Origin: Antedon mediterranea
Taxonomy: Eukaryota; Animalia; Echinodermata
Assembly: GCF_964355755.1 (NCBI RefSeq)
Contig: NC_092673.1
Span: 11,504,948-11,568,947 of the forward strand
Length of the DNA: 64,000 bases
Direction of reading: 5' to 3'
Under the pieces are notes generated by a model. It had not been told where the DNA came from. It did not search any database and worked only from the letters and a program-made list of their open reading frames with translations. The number at the start of each line of letters is the position of its first letter. The first letter of the stretch is position 1. Shown here in pieces: positions 63,901 through 64,000 of this stretch. A program made the translations under genes and the position numbers.

Positions 63901-64000
63901 CACATATTAATTACAAACCTTTTAATGGCATCAGTTCATATTTTTTAGTAAAATAATCACTATCTAGAGAAATAAAAATGACTAGGCTATTTGCTATCGC

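Noticed and set aside
54076-64000. PSMB7 exon 3 (expected DGVILGADTRAT-like sequence)
   Set aside because: No matching sequence was found by eye; it presumably lies beyond the window.

Overview
AT-rich (roughly 30% GC by eye), intron-rich animal genomic DNA, probably from a marine invertebrate; an echinoderm-like deuterostome is an inference. The ORF track misses both host genes because their exons are tiny. Reading splice sites by hand gives two genes arranged head-to-head. DENND1 (connecdenn, Rab35 GEF) is on the minus strand with 8 phase-consistent coding exons from the ATG at 45519 down to 835, and it continues beyond the left edge. PSMB7 (proteasome beta-2/beta type-7) is on the plus strand with exon 1 at 45873-45937 and exon 2 at 53994-54075, and no later exon was seen. 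The two ATGs are only 353 bp apart. The introns are packed with mobile DNA: many non-autonomous Helentron-type elements (some triple-nested, some carrying a tRNA-like cassette), Helitron ends, an Academ-like element with ~1.2-kb TIRs, Kolobok, Merlin and Harbinger-like elements, a spliced Merlin transposase pseudogene, Rex/Babar-like and CR1/L2-like LINE ends, tRNA SINEs and a Penelope-type fragment with a minimal hammerhead ribozyme. Two near-identical 2-kb elements with 7-bp TSDs bracket PSMB7 exon 2 in inverted orientation. A minisatellite appears to preserve several classes of transposon excision footprint, including a 30-bp P-element-like scar. All family assignments come from manual motif recognition; no searches were run.
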